NCBI GenBank assembly: GCA_022841795.1
Contig: JALHQU010000016.1
Span: 3,238-67,237, forward strand
DNA: 64,000 bases
Origin: Fimbriiglobus sp.
GTDB lineage: Bacteria > Planctomycetota > Planctomycetia > Gemmatales > Gemmataceae
Direction: 5' to 3'
The notes beneath the pieces are model-generated. The model saw nothing but the letters and a program-made list of their open reading frames with translations. It did not search any database and was not told where the DNA came from. Of the stretch, positions 61,836 through 64,000 are shown piece by piece (positions within the stretch are counted from its first letter, which is position 1; every line of letters begins with the position of its first letter). Both the position numbers and the translations under genes were made by a program.

Positions 61836-64000
61836 TCATTCCGCCAGTTTGATCTTCCGCTTCACCTCGTCCAGCCGGCCGTTCTGCCGCCCGTGGTGGC
61901 TGTCCTTGAACAGCTTTTCCGCATTCTTCCACGCCACCGCTGCTCGCTTCGTATCCCCTTGGCGGAACGCCACATCCGCCAAGTGGTCCCACACGATCCC
62001 GTCCGGGGCGGACTCGGTCGAAGCGACCGCCTGTTCCAACAGTTCCCGCGCCTCCTTCAGTTTGCCGCGGCGGAACTGCACCCACCCGAGGCTGTCCTGG
62101 TACCCGCCGCTCTCCGGCTCCGGGTCGCCCCGTTTGGTTCGCTCGAACCTGTCCAGCGCAATTGCTCGCCGGATCAGCACTTCCGCCTCGTCCAGCTTCC
62201 GCCCCTGGTCGGCCAGGTTGTACCCCAGGTTGTTCAGCACCAGTACGTCATCCGGGTCGTCGTCGAGCAACTGCCGCAGCACCGCCTCGGACTCGGCGAA
62301 CCGCTTGAGCAGGTTGAGGGTGTCCGCCTGCTGGAGGCGGAACGACCGCAGGTCGCGGCCGGTCGGCCGGTCCGTGTCCAGCACCTTCTCGACCGCCTTC
62401 AGCGCGTCGGTGTGTTTGCCCAGCAGGTTGAGCACCCGGATGCGCTGCTCGTCGGCGTAAAACCCGCCGCCGATGTCGGTTAGCTTCGCCAGCGCCTCCC
62501 GCTCCCGCCCGAGTTCGGCGAACGCCACCGCCGCCTGCGAGGCGATGCCGTAGTAGATGAACTGCTGCTTGTTCCGCCGCATCACCTTCAACTCGTCCGC
62601 CGCGTCGATCACGTCCGGCCACCGCCGCTGGCCGCTCAGGTGGGTGAGCAGCAGCCAAGTCACCCGCAGGCTGGATTTCCTGCGGGCGAACGCCCACAAC
62701 GGGTCGATGACCGCCGGAGCCAACGCGTCCCGCGTGGCCAGCCCGCTGATCAGTTCGAGCGTGTCCGGGTGGCGGTCGGTCTGGGACCGGGCGTCGTCCG
62801 TCAGTTGTTTCACCAGCACCTTGGTGAACCCGGCCTTCGGCGTAACCGCTTTCACCGCCGCACTTAACAGCCGCACCCGCTCCACCGCCTCGGCCGGCGG
62901 CGGGTCGGCCTCGGCGTCCGGCTTGGTGTCCGGGTCGTCGAACCCGACCGGCCGACCGGCCTTCGCCGCCTTGTCGATCAGGTCGAGCAACTCCTTGGGC
63001 CGGTTGGTGTTGCGGTACGCGGCCACCAGCACACGGGCCTCGTCGGCCGTCTTCAGCCCGTTGAACAGCTTCCGCACCACCGCGTCCGCCGCGTCCGGGT
63101 CGCCGGCCATGCCCGCCGCCGCCGCAAGCCATTGCGGGGCAAGGTTCTTGCGGTTCGCCTCGGCATGTTTGGCGAGCGCGTCCGACAACTCGTCCGTCCG
63201 GTTCAGCCGGCGGTACAGTTCGACCAGCCGTTCATATGGCTCGAATGCCGCCGGGCGGAGCGCCAGGTACTTCTCCAGTTCGCGGAGCGATCCGGCCGCA
63301 TCCCCCTGCGCCAGCAGGCTTTCGGACAGGTGCGAGTGCAGCCGGGCCACCCCCGCCGGGTCGTTCGCCCCCTTGGGGTCGGCGGCCAGGTCGCGGGCGG
63401 TCTGGAACGCAGCGGACGCCGCGGCGTAACTCCCTTGTTTCACCAGGGTTGTGCCCAGCCCCTCGTACAGCCGCATCCGCTCGCGGTCGAGTTCGGCCGG
63501 GGTGAACACGTCGGGGTGAAGGAACGCGGCTTTCTTGTCGGCGATCAGTTTGAGCGAGTCGCGGCGGGCGGTTTCGCCGGCCTTCGCATCACCTGCCGAG
63601 TCGGCCGCGCGGGTCAGTTCCCGCAGCACCGCCAGCTTCACCACTGGTTCGGCAAAACCGGGGCTGTCGGCGGCGGTGCGGAGCGCCTTGACGGCGTCGG
63701 CGAACTGGCGGGCGTCGGTTAGCAGCCGGCCGAGCAGCCGGGCGGTCTCGTGGTCGGTCGGGTCGCGGTCGAGGACTTGCCGGGCGGCGCGGATGGCCGC
63801 CGGGTCGCGGCCGAGTTCGGCGTACAGCCGCGCCAACTCGCGTTGGGGCGCGGTGGCGGTCGGGTCCTTGTCGGCGGCGGACTGGTGCTGCCTGGCGGCC
63901 TGGGCCGGTTGTTCGTTGCGGGCATGGATGACGCCGAGGCCGAACCGGGTGAGGGCGTCTCGGCGGGCGGCTTCGGCCGCGGTCGCCGGGGCGAGCGGAA
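61836..64000 (-). CDS. TPR repeat protein (5' end runs off the window)
   Basis: Repeated TPR-like helices throughout. Upstream of the annotated TTG the frame stays open to the window edge (translated manually: ...LGVIHARNEQPAQAARQHQSAADKDPTATAPQRELARLYAELG). Confidence 0.7.
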   Translation of the reverse strand, partial: PLAPATAAEAARRDALTRFGLGVIHARNEQPAQAARQHQSAADKDPTATAPQRELARLYAELGRDPAAIRAARQVLDRDPTDHETARLLGRLLTDARQFADAVKALRTAADSPGFAEPVVKLAVLRELTRAADSAGDAKAGETARRDSLKLIADKKAAFLHPDVFTPAELDRERMRLYEGLGTTLVKQGSYAAASAAFQTARDLAADPKGANDPAGVARLHSHLSESLLAQGDAAGSLRELEKYLALRPAAFEPYERLVELYRRLNRTDELSDALAKHAEANRKNLAPQWLAAAAGMAGDPDAADAVVRKLFNGLKTADEARVLVAAYRNTNRPKELLDLIDKAAKAGRPVGFDDPDTKPDAEADPPPAEAVERVRLLSAAVKAVTPKAGFTKVLVKQLTDDARSQTDRHPDTLELISGLATRDALAPAVIDPLWAFARRKSSLRVTWLLLTHLSGQRRWPDVIDAADELKVMRRNKQQFIYYGIASQAAVAFAELGREREALAKLTDIGGGFYADEQRIRVLNLLGKHTDALKAVEKVLDTDRPTGRDLRSFRLQQADTLNLLKRFAESEAVLRQLLDDDPDDVLVLNNLGYNLADQGRKLDEAEVLIRRAIALDRFERTKRGDPEPESGGYQDSLGWVQFRRGKLKEARELLEQAVASTESAPDGIVWDHLADVAFRQGDTKRAAVAWKNAEKLFKDSHHGRQNGRLDEVKRKIKLAE

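Noticed and set aside
1-64000. tRNA, rRNA, RNase P or SRP RNA genes
   Set aside because: No GTTCGAATC-type T-loop with matching acceptor stems and no rRNA- or SRP-like conserved blocks were found by eye. A tRNAscan/Infernal run would be needed to be certain.
1-64000. Transposase or integrase genes, genomic-island boundaries
   Set aside because: No ORF shows a DDE, HUH or tyrosine recombinase signature, and GC content is uniformly high apart from short promoter-like patches. The repeat elements found are non-autonomous.

Overview
This is a 64 kb window of very GC-rich (about 68-70 percent) bacterial chromosome with strong Planctomycetes (Gemmata-like) hallmarks. Those hallmarks are a PSCyt1/DUF1549/DUF1553 + DUF1501 gene pair with a co-operonic sulfatase, a tandem array of six TIGR03067-like secreted paralogs, a PVC-type heme-binding CxxCH dehydrogenase, a PEP-CTERM protein, an ECF sigma factor next to a Ser/Thr kinase, and many secreted beta-propeller proteins and hydrolases. 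About 55 protein-coding genes are supported. They include housekeeping genes (gatB, tsaB, yidC, lgt, yaiI), three complete type II toxin-antitoxin pairs plus one orphan antitoxin-like gene, a MoxR-DUF58 pair, a flotillin-like SPFH protein and a DUF444 (YeaH) protein. No rRNA, tRNA, CRISPR array, transposase or integrase was found. Most long ORFs in the six-frame track that overlap these genes in other frames or on the other strand have Arg/Gly/Pro-rich translations and are treated as GC-driven artefacts. Several N-terminal extensions in the track were trimmed to plausible starts (signal peptides, Shine-Dalgarno sequences). The window is unusually rich in palindromic non-coding elements: a roughly 215 bp nested palindrome present in two copies with mirrored compensatory substitutions, several REP/MITE-like families, long perfect hairpins between convergent genes, and two palindromes embedded in-frame inside coding sequences. 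The candidates I consider most worth follow-up are (i) three tandem proline-rich tail-anchored small proteins translationally coupled to a radical SAM enzyme, (ii) the structured 215 bp element family, (iii) in-frame palindromic insertions in CDSs, (iv) a triple palindromic operator-like site, and (v) a conserved N-terminal LExRxVP motif on extracellular-type proteins that lack a classical signal peptide.
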